DNA from: Malacoraja senta
Lineage: Eukaryota
Direction: 5' to 3'
DNA length: 60,000 nucleotides
Assembly: GCA_038087875.1 (NCBI GenBank)
Contig: CM075988.1
Span: forward strand, 25,918,001 to 25,978,000
The notes beneath the pieces are model-generated. The model saw nothing but the letters and a program-made list of their open reading frames with translations, was not told where the DNA came from and did no database searches. The translations under genes and the position numbers were made by a program. Positions 33,106 to 46,239 of this stretch are shown one piece after another (the stretch's first letter is position 1; the number at the start of each line of letters is the position of its first letter).

Positions 33106-36100
33106 GTAATGTGGGGTGGGGTGGGGTGGGGGGTGGTGCAGCCCCGGGCCCGGCCCGGCTCGGCTCCCAGAGCGGGGGATGCGGCAGGAAACGCCGCGGC
33201 TCACCGGGCCCTCGACAGCACTAGGCCGGAGCCCATGGCAACCAGGCCGGGAGCGCGCACAGGGGGGGGGGGTAGGGTCACTCTCTCCCCGGGAGCGCGC
33301 ACAGGGGGGGGGGTAGGGTCACTCTCTCCCCGGGAGCGCGCACAGGGGGGGGGTAGGGTCACTCTCTCCCCGGGAGCGCGCACAGGGGGGGGGGGGTAGG
33401 GTCACTCTCTCCCCGGGAGCGCGCACAGGGGGGGGGGTAGGGTCACTCTCTCCCCGGGAGCGCGCACAGGGGGGGGGGTAGGGTCACCCTCTCCTCGGGA
33501 GCGCGCACAGGGGAGTCAGCGGTCACTCTCTCCCCGGGAGCGCGCACAAGGGGGGCAACGGTCACCCTCTCCCCGGGAGCGCGCACGGGGGGTGGCAGCG
33601 GTCACCCTCTCCTCGGGAGCGCGCACAGGGGAGTCAGCGGTCACTCTCTCCCCGGGAGCGCGCACAAGGGGGGCAACGGTCACCCTCTCCCCGGGAGCGC
33701 GCACAGGGGGGGGGGCAGCGGTCACCCCCCCCCCCCCGGACCGCGACTCTCCCTGACACTGACCCCCGGGCCTCAGTGCTCCCCACAGCCGGCTCCCGTG
33801 TGACAGCGCCCGGCGCCACCCCTGCCCTCTGGCCACCTCTTCTAGTAAACGTGGCTGACTTCGACTACCTCTGTCACTTTGGCCCTTGTTTGTCATTGTC
33901 ACACAGCACCGAAACATGCCGTTCAGCCAACCTGTCCATGCGGACCAAGATGCCCCATCTAAGCTCGTTGGATTTGCCCTCGTTCGGCCCGTCCCTCTGA
34001 ACCTTTCCTTTCCATTGTCCAAATAACGATTGGCGTGGCTCCTTGCAAAATGGATCAGAGTAATTGAGCCTTTTTAATAGTGTGAAAAATGTGTAAACTG
34101 GCAAGGTAGTAATCTGAATGTTGATGTTCGTTAATTGAAATAGAACACGGGTCTGTGTTTTGCGTTACCGTGCAGCTGCTAGAGTAAAGTCTTTATTATC
34201 TGTGGGGTTTGAACATACTGCATGTTGAGAGGGTTGTCAAATTAGACCTCTAACTCCTAGCCAGGGGCATGCGAGAGAGTTAGATTTAGCTCTTGGGGCT
34301 AAGGAATCAAGGGATATGGGGGAAAAAGCCGGATTTTGGAGGATCAGCCATGAACATATTGAATGGCAGTGCTGGCTCGAAGGGCCGAATGGCCTACTCC
34401 ACCTATTTTCTATATTTCTATGCCCTTGAAGGCCATGATTAAGATAAGAGTTTGCTACTCCATAGGGATGGATGGGGATAAACTACACCTTGCAAGATAG
34501 CTGTGGGATTGTTGCTGAGGTGTTGGCTCCTTATAACCTATGTGGACTCACTGTCCGTTTTGCTGAACACTTGTGCTCAGTCCATCTGCTAAGGCCTAAC
34601 TGGATCTCTAGGTCAATAACCATTTAAATTCCTTGTTCCCATACTGCTCTTTCTGTCCTGTGCCGCCTCAGTGTGAGGCCACATGCAAACTAGAGGAACA
34701 TCACCTTGTATTCTGGGTAGTTTACATACCAATGGTATGAACATTAAATTCTCTAAGTTTAGGTAGCCTCAAATCATCCCACATTGGGCAGAATGACCTT
34801 GTGTCCTTTGGTTTTCAGAAAATCAAGTGGCGTTCTCATTGAAATGTACAGGTTTCTATGGAGGAGGGGGATTGATAGAATATATTGCTGCGAGAATGTT
34901 TACCAAGTATAGGAATCCAGATTTGGAGTGCAAGGTTTCACTACGAGGAGTTGGCCACAAGACTGCAGTGTGACTGGAATTTCTTTTCAAGGTTGTGAAT
35001 TATTTGGATTTTATGTTTCCTTGCTCATTGAATATTTATTTGATATATACATAGACTTTGGATTTCGTGGGTTATCAGAATCTGGCAGCAAAATGGAGTT
35101 GTGAGTAAAGATTAAATCGGCTGTAATTTTTATTGAAAAATGGAGCAAAATTGGGAGGATTCGAAGAAGGATGTTATGATCAATTTAGACAAGTAGCGAC
35201 ATAAACATGCTATATTATAAGGCGTCCAAATACAAGGCGTAGCTATGGGCACACGCATGGGCCCCAGCTACGCCTGCCTCTTTGTCGGGTACGTAGAACA
35301 ATCCTTGTTCAATACGTACCAGGGCCCCATCTCCGACCTCTACCTCAGCTACATCGATGACTGTTTTGGTGCCACCTCCTGCACCCACACACAACTGACT
35401 GACTTCATCCGCTTCACCACCAACTTCCATCCGGCACTCAAATACACCTGGACCATTTCTGACAACTTCCCTACCATTCCTTGACCTCACTATCTCCATC
35501 GCAGGTGATAGACTTCATACCGACATCCACTACAAACCTACCGACTCCCATGGCTATCTGGACTACACTTCTTCCCACCCTGCTTCCTGTAAGGACTCCA
35601 TCCCCCACTCCCAATTCCTCCGTCTACGCCGCATCTGCTCCCAGGATGAGGCGTTCCACACCAGGGCATCCGAAATGTCCTCATTCTTCAGGGAACGGGG
35701 GTTCCCCTCCTCCACCATAGATGAGGCTCGCACCAGGGTCTCTGCCATACCCCGCAACACTGCTCTCTCTCCCCATCCCCCCACTCACAACAAGGGCAGA
35801 GTCCCCCTAGTCCTCACCTTTCACCCCACCAGCCGTCACATACAACAAGTGATCCTCCATCAGTTTCGCCACCTCCAACGTGACCCCACCACTCGCCACA
35901 TCTTCCCATCTCCCTCCATGTCTGCCTTCCGCAAAGACCGCTCCCTCCGTAACTCCCTTGTCAATTCTTCCCTTCCCTCCCGTACCACCCCCTCCCCGGG
36001 TACTTTCCCTTGCAACCGCAAGAGATGCAACACTTGTCCCTTCACCTCCCCCCTCGATTCCATTCAAGGACCCAAGCAGTCGTTCCTGGTGCGACAGAGA

Positions 36101-38184
36101 TTCACCTGCATCTCCTCCAACCTCATCTATTGCATCCGCTGCTCTGGATGTCAGCTGATCTACATCGGTGAGACCAAGCGGAGGCTTGGCGATCGTTTCG
36201 CCGAACTCCTCCGGTCGGTCCGCAATAACCTACCTGACTCAGCACTTCAACTCCCCCTCCCATTCCGTATCTGACCTCTCTGTCCTGGGTCTCCTCCATG
36301 GCCACAGCGAGCAACACCGGAAATTGGAGGAAATGCACCTCATATTCCGCTTGGGCAGTCTACATCCTGGGGGCATGAACATTGAATTCTCCCAACTCTG
36401 CTAGCCCTTGCTGTCCCCTCCCCTTCATCAGCCCTCTGGTTGGTTGTCTCCTCCCATCCCCCAGCCCTCGGGCTCCTCCTCCGCCTTTTTCCTTTCTTCT
36501 CCCCACCCCCTATCAGTCTGAAGAAGGGTTTCGGCCCGAAACGTTGCCTATTTCCTTCGCTCCATAGATGCTGCTGCACCCGCTGAGTTTCTCCAGCATT
36601 TTTGTGTACCTTCTATTTTCCAGCATCTGCAGTTCCTTCTTTAACACAATGCTATATTATGTAATTATTTGATTATGTCTTGACCAGAGGGAGGTTAATA
36701 GCTGCAGTAAGTGTTCATCTTTGGCTGTTCATGTATTTTTTTAAACCATGAGTGTAGAAGCTGGCAAATCATGTTGCAGTTATATAAGATGTTGGTGAGG
36801 TCGCATTTAGAGTATTGTGTTCAGTTCTGGGCACCATGTTATAGGAACAATGTCATCAAGTTGGAAAGGGTACAGAGAAGATTTGAGGATGTTGCCAGGA
36901 CTCGAGGGTCTGAGCTAAAGGGAGGCATGGAGCAGGTTGGACTTGGAGGGCAGCAACATGAGGGGTGATCTTAGAGGTGTATAAAATCATATTTTATATG
37001 AGAGGAATAGATCGGGTACATGCACAGAGTCTCTTGCCCAGAGTAGGGGAATCGAGAACCAGAGGACATAGGTTTAAGGTGAAGGGTGAAAGATTTAATA
37101 GGAATCTGAGGGGCAACTTTTTCACACAAAGGGTGGTGGGTGTATGGGATGAGCTGTCAGAGGAGGTAGTTGAGGCAAATACTATTGCAATGTTTTAGAA
37201 ACATTTAGGCAGGTACATGTTTAGAATATGATATAACAGGATATGTTTAAAAGGATATGAGCTAAACGCAGGCAGATGGGACTAGTGTAGATGAGACACA
37301 TTGGTCGGAGTAGGCAGGTTGTGCCAAAGGGCCTGATTCCACGCTCTATGACTATGTGTCGCTAAGATTTAAAAGACACAAATTGCCAGAGTAACTCAGC
37401 GGGTCAGGCAGCATCTCTGGAGAACGTGGATAGCAACGTTTCAGGTTCGGAGTGCAAAAGAAATGCATTTATGACAAAAAAGTGGCAATTTGTTGAGAAA
37501 AGCACCATAGATTATTGAATCATAAGTATGCTGCATATGTTCTTTGCTTTGTGAACTTGTGTAAAGAGAAGAGTCACGGGTTGAAGTGAAGGATTGAGCT
37601 CTTTTTTGTGCCAAGGTAGACACAAAATGCTGGAGTAATTCAGTGGGACAGGCAGCATCTCTGGAGAGAAGGAATGGGTGTGAAGAAGGGTCTTGACCCG
37701 AAACGACTTCTCTCCAGAGATGCTGCCTGTCCTGCTGAGTTACTCCAGCATTTTGAGTATTTTTTGTGCACTGGAAGGGTAGTCTGCCACCAGGATCCTT
37801 GGGAAATGTCTAAAAGAGGAATTATTGAATTCTCCACTTTGGTTGGTTTGTAGTTTTTCATTGGAAAATTCTTCCTAATGTTTTATTTTGGTTATCCTTA
37901 ACCTTTCCTTTTAGATAATTGCTGTGCTGTATTTTTCCATGTTTGAGTGTATCTATTTGTTACCGTGTTTCACTGGTGGTGTCATTATATTCTTACCAAA
38001 CTGGTTGCATGTTTTCTTTGCAGCAACCCTGCAGTACTCAAGGCCTCGTCTAGCGACCTTTTGGAAATATGCTCGAGTAGAGCTGTCTCCTCCAACTCCT
38101 GGTGAAATCCCAGTGGCCGTTGAAAGCTTCAAGGGCCTTGTTGCATCATTCAAGGCTGGGAGTTACAAACAAATTACTGTCAAG
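33042..38184 (+). CDS. ATP5MG: ATP synthase membrane subunit g (ATP5L), exons 1-2 (33042..33105, 38024..38184); 3'-partial
   Basis: The spliced product MAEAAKRLVRSVVAGAPVLASATLQYSRPRLATFWKYARVELSPPTPGEIPVAVESFKGLVASFKAGSYKQITVK matches subunit g (YSxPRLATFWxYAxVELxPPTPxEIP). Intron 1 is phase 1, GT-AG. Confidence 0.93.
33248..33726. repeat. G-rich minisatellite, about 40-bp unit, 12 units, in ATP5MG intron 1
   Basis: Unit CGGGAGCGCGCACA(G)nTAGGGTCACTCTCTCCC and variants. Confidence 0.95.
34545..34770 (+). mobile_element. Older, degenerate Penelope-like endonuclease fragment
   Basis: Decayed similarity to 36190-36400 (cgttttgctgaacac, tcccatactg, caaactagaggaacatcacctt, ggtatgaacatt). Confidence 0.6.
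35219..36648 (+). mobile_element. Penelope-like retroelement, 5'-truncated (RT C-terminus, GIY-YIG endonuclease, 3' pLTR-like end), frameshifted
   Basis: GVAMGTRMGPSYACLFVG...YIDD RT motifs; CNRKRCNTC; NLIYCIRC...IYIGETKRRLGDRF GIY-YIG. 12-bp TSD ATGCTATATTAT at 35207-35218 and 36649-36660. Confidence 0.92.
36750..37355 (+). mobile_element. CR1-type LINE 3' fragment
   Basis: [51 protein letters not shown]. Confidence 0.88.
38024..38184 (+). CDS. ATP5MG: ATP5MG coding exon 2
   Basis: tttctttgcag| ... AAG|gtaac; TLQYSRPRLATFWKYARVELSPPTPGEIP. Confidence 0.95.
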
Positions 38185-39374
38185 GTAACTAAGGGTTGAG
38201 AAGTACTTTTTAATCGTAGCAGGTTCAATCTGTGCATTGAAAGATAACAGTGCTTGCTGCTTGCAGTAATTCCTTACTCATCAAATTGGCTTCCACAGTG
38301 TATCTAATCTTCAACTGTTCAGTATTGTGCAGCCAATTGACTGAATGGTTTCCAAAGGTTTCATTCAAAAATTTATGTTGTTAATTAAAAAAATAATCAT
38401 TTGCAGCCCTTGCATCACAGCTTGTTCTTACAATTAAGTTATATTTATTCCCATTGCCCAGTTGCTCTAAATCTCATTTGCTTATCTCTCTGGCTGTGGA
38501 ATTGTTTTAAACCATCGAAATATTTTAAATACTATCAATACTCTCACAAAAAGAAAAGTGCTTTGTTTTCTCTCATCACTCCATGTACAATTGCTTTATC
38601 GTTAGTATCATTGTACATCCTCTCCTATTTTAAGAGGTTGTCATCATTAATAAAGAGTGATGCTGGAAGTAGCCACATTATTTTATTTAGTGCCCAGCCA
38701 GCATTTTGTAAAGATTTTATATAGCTTGTTATTTTACCTGGGTCTATTAACAAACCCAAGGATCCTCTGTGCATTTTTAGACATTTTCTCTACTCAGACT
38801 TAATGGTATATGGGACAAATCTTGGACACCATTAAAATTGTACAATTTCATAATGCTTCTCGGCTGACAGTGCCAAGAAGTTGTTATTGTGTAATACAGA
38901 GCTATTTTAACACGGTGGAATCTCAAAGCTATCAGACAAGACTGATGGGCAATATGGTCCCTTTATCTCTTAGACCAAGAGGTGCACCTGAAGAGCACCA
39001 GAGTAACTTATTTGTTGATTGTGTTTCAGAGATGTACCAGTTGTCTAATTCTTCATCGCACCTTTCTCTTGCATCCTTAACATCCTCTACTCTCTCCCAA
39101 ATTTGCCCTTATAACCTGGATGATACTGCGACCGCTTTCTGGCATGAAAATGGATACATTGCCTTGTGTGATGCCGCTTATATGATTGATGTCCATTTTT
39201 GCCTAAAGTGCAATGTGACTTTGGGCAAATTCTGACTGTTGTATGTTGATATGAATATCAAATAATAGGATGACTTGATGAATGAATAGTTGGGTTGGAA
39301 ATATATGGTAGTTCAGTTCTGCCAGCATGCGTTGCTGCTGGAAGAGAGAATTTAACAGGTTTTGGCATTGTAGG

Positions 39375-40083
39375 CATGGAATCCATGGCGAGTTAGCCGA
39401 CTAGAAATAAATTTGGCTTCATGGAAGGAAGCAGAGGTTGATGGTGGAAGTTTTTTTTTTCCGGACTGGAGGCCTGTGATTAGTGGTGTGCCTCAGGGTT
39501 CGGTGCTGGGCCCATTGCTGTTTGACATCTATATCAATGATTTTGAAGAGAACGTACAAGGTATGATTAGTAAGTTTGCAGATGACACTAAAGTGGTTGG
39601 TATTGTAGATAGTGAGGATGGTCGTCAAAAATTGCAGCAGGATCTTGATGGTTGAGCAGGTGGACTGAGAAATGTTAGATGGAGTTTAATACAGAGAATG
39701 TGAGGTGTTGCATTTTGGGAAGTCAAACCAGGGCAAGACCCACACAGTGAATGGCAGGGCTCCGGGGAATGTTGAAGAACAGAGGGATCTAGGAGTGTTT
39801 ATATATAGTTCCATGAAAGTGGCATCACAGGTAGATAGAGTGGTCACGAAGGCTTTCAGCGCCTTAGACGTCATTTGTCAAAGTATTGAGTACAGAAGTC
39901 GGGAGGTGTTATTACAGTTGTACAAGGCATTAGTGAGGCCACATTTGTCGTATTATGTTCAGTTTTAGTCACCCAGTTATAGGAAAGACGCTGTTAAGCT
40001 GGAGAGGGTGCAGGGAAGATTTACGAGGATGTTGACAGGACTCTAGGCCCTGAGCTACAGGGAGAGACTGAGCAGGCTAGAAC
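39375..40083 (+). mobile_element. CR1-type LINE RT fragment running into the gap
   Basis: SGVPQGSVLGPLLF.IYIND...ISKFADDTK; contains stops and frameshifts. Confidence 0.9.
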
Positions 40084-40283
40084 NNNNNNNNNNNNNNNNN
40101 NNNNNNNNNNNNNNNNNNNNNNNNNNNNNNNNNNNNNNNNNNNNNNNNNNNNNNNNNNNNNNNNNNNNNNNNNNNNNNNNNNNNNNNNNNNNNNNNNNNN
40201 NNNNNNNNNNNNNNNNNNNNNNNNNNNNNNNNNNNNNNNNNNNNNNNNNNNNNNNNNNNNNNNNNNNNNNNNNNNNNNNNNNN
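40084..40283. other. Assembly gap (200 N)
   Basis: Run of N. Confidence 1.
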
Positions 40284-41604
40284 TATGGGGGGATGGGTGG
40301 GAGTAAATGAGTGCACAAAAAAAACCAGGTGTCTTCCTCGTGTTAATTGGTGAAGTGCTGATTTTTTTTTTAAGGGCGAGCCTTACTTTCTCAGCTGTAC
40401 ATCATTATGGGAAAACTCCGTTTTCAGGAAGATGTTCATGATGGGATGTAGATTGAAACAATTTGACTACTAATTAACTAATATGAAAATTTAATATTAT
40501 ATTTTCCAAAATTTGAATATATTCACTATGCTTTTCAATTTGCATTTATAACATCCTGTACCAGAATTATTAACAGGTTTTTGAATTGGTTGTGGTTGGT
40601 GGACAGGGGGCAATGTGAAATAATATGTGTGGTGTGGTGAAGAATTTTTCCTTCTGCTGAGCTATGTACAAAACATGACTGAGCATGTGAATTTCTGCCA
40701 GGTATGAAAAACTACCTGAATTGCCTAACTCCCCACCATCTGTACCCTTAACAAGCCAGGATTAATTGCCATGTGTAGATTTGAGTAGTGATTAGGTGAC
40801 ATCCTGGGATGTAAAAAATCTGCAGGAGAAAACAGAAGTTCTACATTTTTAGGGTCCTGTGCAAGTTGGGAGGTCATGTAAGTTGAAATTGAATTCTCAA
40901 ACAAATCATAGCAAATTGTAAAGATGTTTCTGGGTGAGTATCATCTTTCACTCATGGCAATATTATAGGCACAGTTGAAACCAAGGTTCATAAAAATTGT
41001 CACCCAAGTGGAGATGTGTGAAAATGCTGTGGCACTCCGATTACTTTAAATATAGCGTGAACATTTTGTTCAAGATGAAAAAGGGAAACAATTCACAATT
41101 TACTCAAATATTTTCCTCCTCACCCTGACTTCTTCCATAGCTCATTAAGTTTGTTAGCATTGGACTCGCATTGTTTTTATCATCCCAATATGTTTGTAGA
41201 TAGTGAGTGCTTGCTATTGAATGGCTCATGAGGCTGCCAGCCTTTTCCGTTATCACCTAAATGATTTTTGCTCGTGTACAATTTTTAAATAGAAGGGAAA
41301 GGACCATTACTAAGGCTGATTTTTCATTTTTTCATTTTTGCAGCCTAGTAAGTATTAGAATGTACTTTCCTGCAGGATTTGGTTCAGGACACCGGCCTTT
41401 CTCGTTATCTGTATTGTAAAAAGTATAACATTTGTCATGTTCCCCTTGGCCACTCTATGAGACCAACTAACTATCATAAATGAAGCTCAAAACTGGACAT
41501 TGGTTTAATATAATTGCTGATTAACTCATTGAACATTGGTGGGGATCTATGTTACATTGCTCAAGATAATATATGATTTGGTGCTCTCTTGCTGTCCAAA
41601 CATC

Positions 41605-42480
41605 AAATAAAGTCAAATCGAGTTTGTCATATCCACGTATGGTATCTTGCATGCAGAAGCATCCTAGACAAATACGAACAATTAATTTCCATAAATTTAT
41701 AATGACATCAAATTACAAGAAATTCTGCAAGACAATAACAATAGCATCAGTGCAAAACACAATTAGAATAAAAAAGTCCATGGTATTGAAGAGGTCATCT
41801 GTTGTCGAGGTCGGATGTGTGGGCTGTTTAAAAAATCTGATAGTGGTACGAAAAGGAATGATCTCAAAGCAGGTTGTGTGTGACGTAAGCATTCTGCACA
41901 TTGTGATAGTTGATGTTAGCAATGAGAAGAGGATGATGGAGATACTTGATGATAGATGCCATTACCTTAATGTGTAGGAGACCCTTCTTCAGACTGAAGA
42001 AGTCTGATTCCCATTCCTTCTCTCCAGAGATGCTGCCTGTCCCGCTGAGTTACTCCAGCATTTTCTGCCATTTAAGGCAGTACTGCATGGAGATGCTTTT
42101 GATGGTGGGGAGAGCTGTGCCCATGGTGGATCAGGCCAAGTCCCTGTAGCATCCTGTGTCCCTGTGCGTTTGAATTGGCGTACCAGGCCATGATACAACC
42201 AGTCAGGATACTTTCTACAGTGCATCTGTCGAAATTTGTCAGAGTATTCGGTGATATGCCAAATCTTTTTAAACTTCTAAAAAGTAGAAAGACTGGCATG
42301 CTGTTTTTGTGATTTTGTCTGTGTGCTGGGCCCAGAACAGGTCATCCAAGATGTTCATGCCAAGGAATTTAAAGTTGCTATTTCCACTGCCGATCCAACA
42401 ATGGAAACTGGCATGTGGTCTCCCGACTTCCCCTTTCTGAAATCAATGACCCTTGGTCCTGTTGAGGTAGAGGTTGTTGT
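41605..42480 (-). mobile_element. Rex1/Babar-type LINE 3' fragment, interrupted by a Penelope-derived mini-element
   Basis: RSLKRFGISPNTLTNFDRCTVESILTGCIMAWY. Confidence 0.75.
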
Positions 42481-44003
42481 GGCTCCTAACCGAGTGTGTT
42501 GATCATGTATACTTACATTTACTATCTTGAATTATTTACACAGTGAGTTTATTTTAAGTTCAGGCCCACTTGTTTTATGGAGTGACCAATTTAACCTGCT
42601 GGTGTTGTATTCCAGCTTTTATACATGGCCACTTAAGAACATTTTACTGGATATCTGAATTGGTGCATGTTGTAACTGCCTTCAGGCAATTATATTATTA
42701 TGAGAATTAAAACCATTGCAAATTCATGTAAGTACTAACAAATAATTTTCAAGGAAAATTTACAAGACAGAACAAGGACATCTTGTCTTCTGGTTTATAA
42801 AGAACTATCTAACCTAATCAGTCTGAAGAAGGGTCTTGGCCTGAAACATCACCCATTCCTTCTCTCCAGAGATGCTGCCTGTCCCGCTGAGTAACTCCAG
42901 CAATTTGTGTCTACCTTCGATTTAAACCAGCATCTGCTGTTCTTTCTTACATATCTAACCTAATCCCAGTTCTTGATCCAATTCCCTTGGTTCTTCAAAA
43001 GCATCCAGCCATTTTAAAATGATGAGCAAGTTTCTGCCTCCTACCAGCCTTAACATGTGTGGGGTTCTGACCCCTGCTAGCTTCTTGTTTTAAATAAACT
43101 CTTCCCTCAACCAATTAATTTGAATCTTTGATATCGCAGCTAAAGGAAATGTGCCCCTGTTTATTCTTCGAAGAAACTCCAAAGAAAACACCCATAGCAT
43201 ATCCTATATTTTTTCATGGTTATGGGTTTGCAGTCCTCAGATCTCTGCAGCCTCTCTCTGATGGAATCAAACCTTTCTCGGAATGTGGGGTTTAGAACTC
43301 TACATATACTTATGTTATGGTGTAACAAGCATTGAACACAATTCTGCATCTAGGTTTTAGTTTCACCGAATAAAGGAAAATGTTCTATATGCTTCTTTAA
43401 TTGCAGTTATCAATTGATCCTGATTATCTTTTCAGCATCAGTAACCATACACTCTATGCTTCTCATTATCCTCATTCATTCCCTTGTTTTGTTGCTACTC
43501 TCTAAGTGTATTACTTACTTTTCTTTGGATTGTATTCTGTTTGACACTTCTGTGTTCATCTAACCAGATGATGTAACTTCTGCTGAAGCTGACTGCTTTC
43601 CTCTTCCCTGCCAACCATATGGCCAAGTTTTATATCATCTGCAAACCGTATATGTAATGTGTCTCCCCTACATTTGTGGTGCCCACAAACTCTTTAAATT
43701 ATTTTGTTTTGGTAAATTAGCAAGGTAGCAATTTAGGTCCTGGCCTGTGCCATCAGTTGTACTCCCCCGGGAGTCAATACTGTTATAATTGGTCTTGGCT
43801 TCCTTCCCATTGTCTTTTGTGAGAGAAGGGATCATATGATAAATTCCTCTAATAGTAAAGGAAGGTGTGTGTACTTGATACTTTGGTGTTTTCCCCATCT
43901 GCCACCGCTGTGTAGGCTGTATATTATTTACAAAATATTCTTGCTCTTGAAGAAATAGCTGAGAGTCTGAAGATTACTGATGCTCATGGACAACTGCACT
44001 ATA

Positions 44004-44661
44004 CAGTTGATCCCAAACATACTGCTAAAGCAACAAAGGAGTTTTTCGAAAGCTAAAAAAATGAGCGGCCAAGTCAATCACCCGATCTGAACCCAATTGA
44101 GCATGCCTTTTATATGCTGAAGAGAAAACTGAAGGGGACTTAGCCCCCAAAACAAGCATAAGCTAAAGATGGCTGCAATACAGGCCTGGCAGAGCATCAC
44201 CAGAGAAGACACCCAGGCAACTGGTGATGTCCATGAATTGCAGACTTCAAGCAGTCATTGCATGCAAAGGATATGCAACAACAAACTAAACATGACTACT
44301 TTCATTTACATGACATTGCTGTGTCCTAAACATGGTGCCCTGAAATGGGGGGGACTAGTCAAGTCAAGAGAGTTTTATTGTCATGTGTCCCAGATAGGAC
44401 AATGAAATTCTTGCTTTGCTTCAGCACAACAGAATATAGTAGGCATGAATACAGAACATCTCAGTGAGTCCTTATACTATGTATAAACACAGCTGTAATT
44501 TCTACATGGAGAACCAAAATGTATAAAATGGCCTTTATTAAAATCTGACACCGTGCACTTTAACCACATGTGATTTTTCTATTACAAATCTCATATTGTG
44601 GAGTACAGAGGCAAATAAATAAATGATGGGTCTTTGTCCCACACCATTATGGAGGGCACTG
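44004..44661 (+). mobile_element. Tc1/mariner transposon remnant, internally deleted, with a nested retroelement tail at about 44358-44475
   Basis: DPKHTAKATKEFF and PSQSPDLNPIEH transposase motifs; ends TA-CAGT ... CACTG-TA. Confidence 0.85.
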
Positions 44662-46239
44662 TATATTGGCCATTTTCGTTTGTGGAACTTTGAATGGTGA
44701 GGAGGGAATACAGTGTTTCTGTTTACATATTTCATGTAGAAATGTTGCCAGAACTTCGCTTTCTTTATTTGTATCCTTCAACTTGCTTCTGAAAGCAGAT
44801 AATATACCTGGAATGTGTATATACTGTAGTCGAGACCTGATAATGCCAAAGGATATTATTGGAGTAAACAAACTGTAGCAATGTTTCCAATTGACAAAAG
44901 AACTGATACTTCCCACTGCTTATACAACCCTTTCTAGCCTTTAGGGCATGAACTATAGGAAAACGAGCTGCTTGGGAAGAATTAAAACCAACAGGTATAG
45001 GTTGATCTGAGCCAGGTGGGTGCTACATAATGATTCTTGTCCCACCCGTGTTTAAAACTAAGAGGTTGTGCCTCCCACTTCTGAACTCCACGCACAGTTC
45101 AGAACGGAGGATTGGGATAGCAGAACTGAATTGCGTTGAAGTCCTTACTGAAATCTCTTATGCGTTATGCAAAAATAGTATTTTCTTAACGTCATCTCGG
45201 CAGGTGGCTATAACGATGTGCTTCCCACCCAACAAGAATTGCATGGTACCGTTTGAATTGACTATAATGCAGCTTTTTTTTTAGATTTCCGGGTGAACAG
45301 AAGGCAGTCACTTTGCTGTCAATGGAAAATTAAAACTCGTTCTCCCAGGCCGCGAAGGGGACACTGCGTCCAGACTCCTCTTATCAATAGCTGATGGTGT
45401 GCGTGTGTGGGGCGGGGGGCTTCCATCTGTTCCTGTGTTTAACTTTGAAAGCGTCTGCCTCTCAATTTGCATCTTAGCCCAGCCCTTTTTCCCCTCTCTG
45501 CGTTGATGCTTTCCAAGTTGCGCCACAGCATACAGGCAGCTGGAGTGCGAGTACCAGAAGTGTTACATTTGGACACTGGTGATATTCTAACTCAAAGAAC
45601 TTCCATAAGGCACGTTTTTATTTATTCCGTCTGTGTTGACGCCATAAAATAGTCATAACTGCAATTTGTATCCAGAACACAAGCAAACGCAATGTTAACA
45701 TGACATTTTCGGAATGGCTGCGTTCTATGTAATGTTTCTAAAAAAAACCCACTCCGTTTAGAACCAATGCAGTTATTTTGTATTTGTTATACATTTAATA
45801 TTTTAGAGTAATTCATAATTCCAGAATTCCCCGTGGACCCCGGACCGTGTATAACGCTGAATTATTATTAGTTGACGCCGTATCATCTCTACGTTATTCT
45901 CTAGAGATAACGATGTCGTAATGTGGCCAAGTGCCCGACTCGTGTATATTAAAATCGTGCCTATTTACCACCGCTAAGTGCTGAACTATGCTGATACAGG
46001 GTTAATGGTGTCAGCCCTGGCTGCTGATTATTGTATACTTTTGCGAGGGACAGCTTCGACGTATCGATTATTTATTCAGCATCCTGTGGTTTTCCTTGGG
46101 GGCGCAGTAGGCTGAATTTTAACGTCGCCTCTTGTATCAACACGTGTATCCATGGCTCTCCAATTCAGGGTTTGGGGTAGGCTAATAAATCCCTCCCACT
46201 TGGTCCCGGAATCCTGAATAATGCAATTTCAACAGTCCC

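Larger units (their letters stand above)
32870..33830. promoter_or_regulatory. CpG island / ATP5MG promoter
   Basis: Very GC- and CpG-rich around the ATG; GC box ggggcggggt near 33020; YY1-like AGATGGCGG overlapping the start codon. Confidence 0.75.

Noticed and set aside
32547..33726. CRISPR-like look of the two tandem arrays
   Set aside because: There are no unique spacers and no cas genes, and the context is a vertebrate intron-exon locus. They are minisatellites.
32539..34022. Long ORFs of 221, 140 and 168 aa around the ATP5MG promoter
   Set aside because: By-products of GC-rich, repetitive DNA; low-complexity translations with no recognisable domain
35245..36404. RT/GIY-YIG ORFs as an intact or domesticated gene
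   Set aside because: 5'-truncated, frameshifted near 35465 and by an 11-nt deletion near 36238, and TSD-flanked. This is a dead insertion.
33042..38184. ATP5MG as a truncated pseudogene
   Set aside because: Both exons and their splice sites are intact in a syntenic position with a CpG promoter; the gap explains the missing exon more simply
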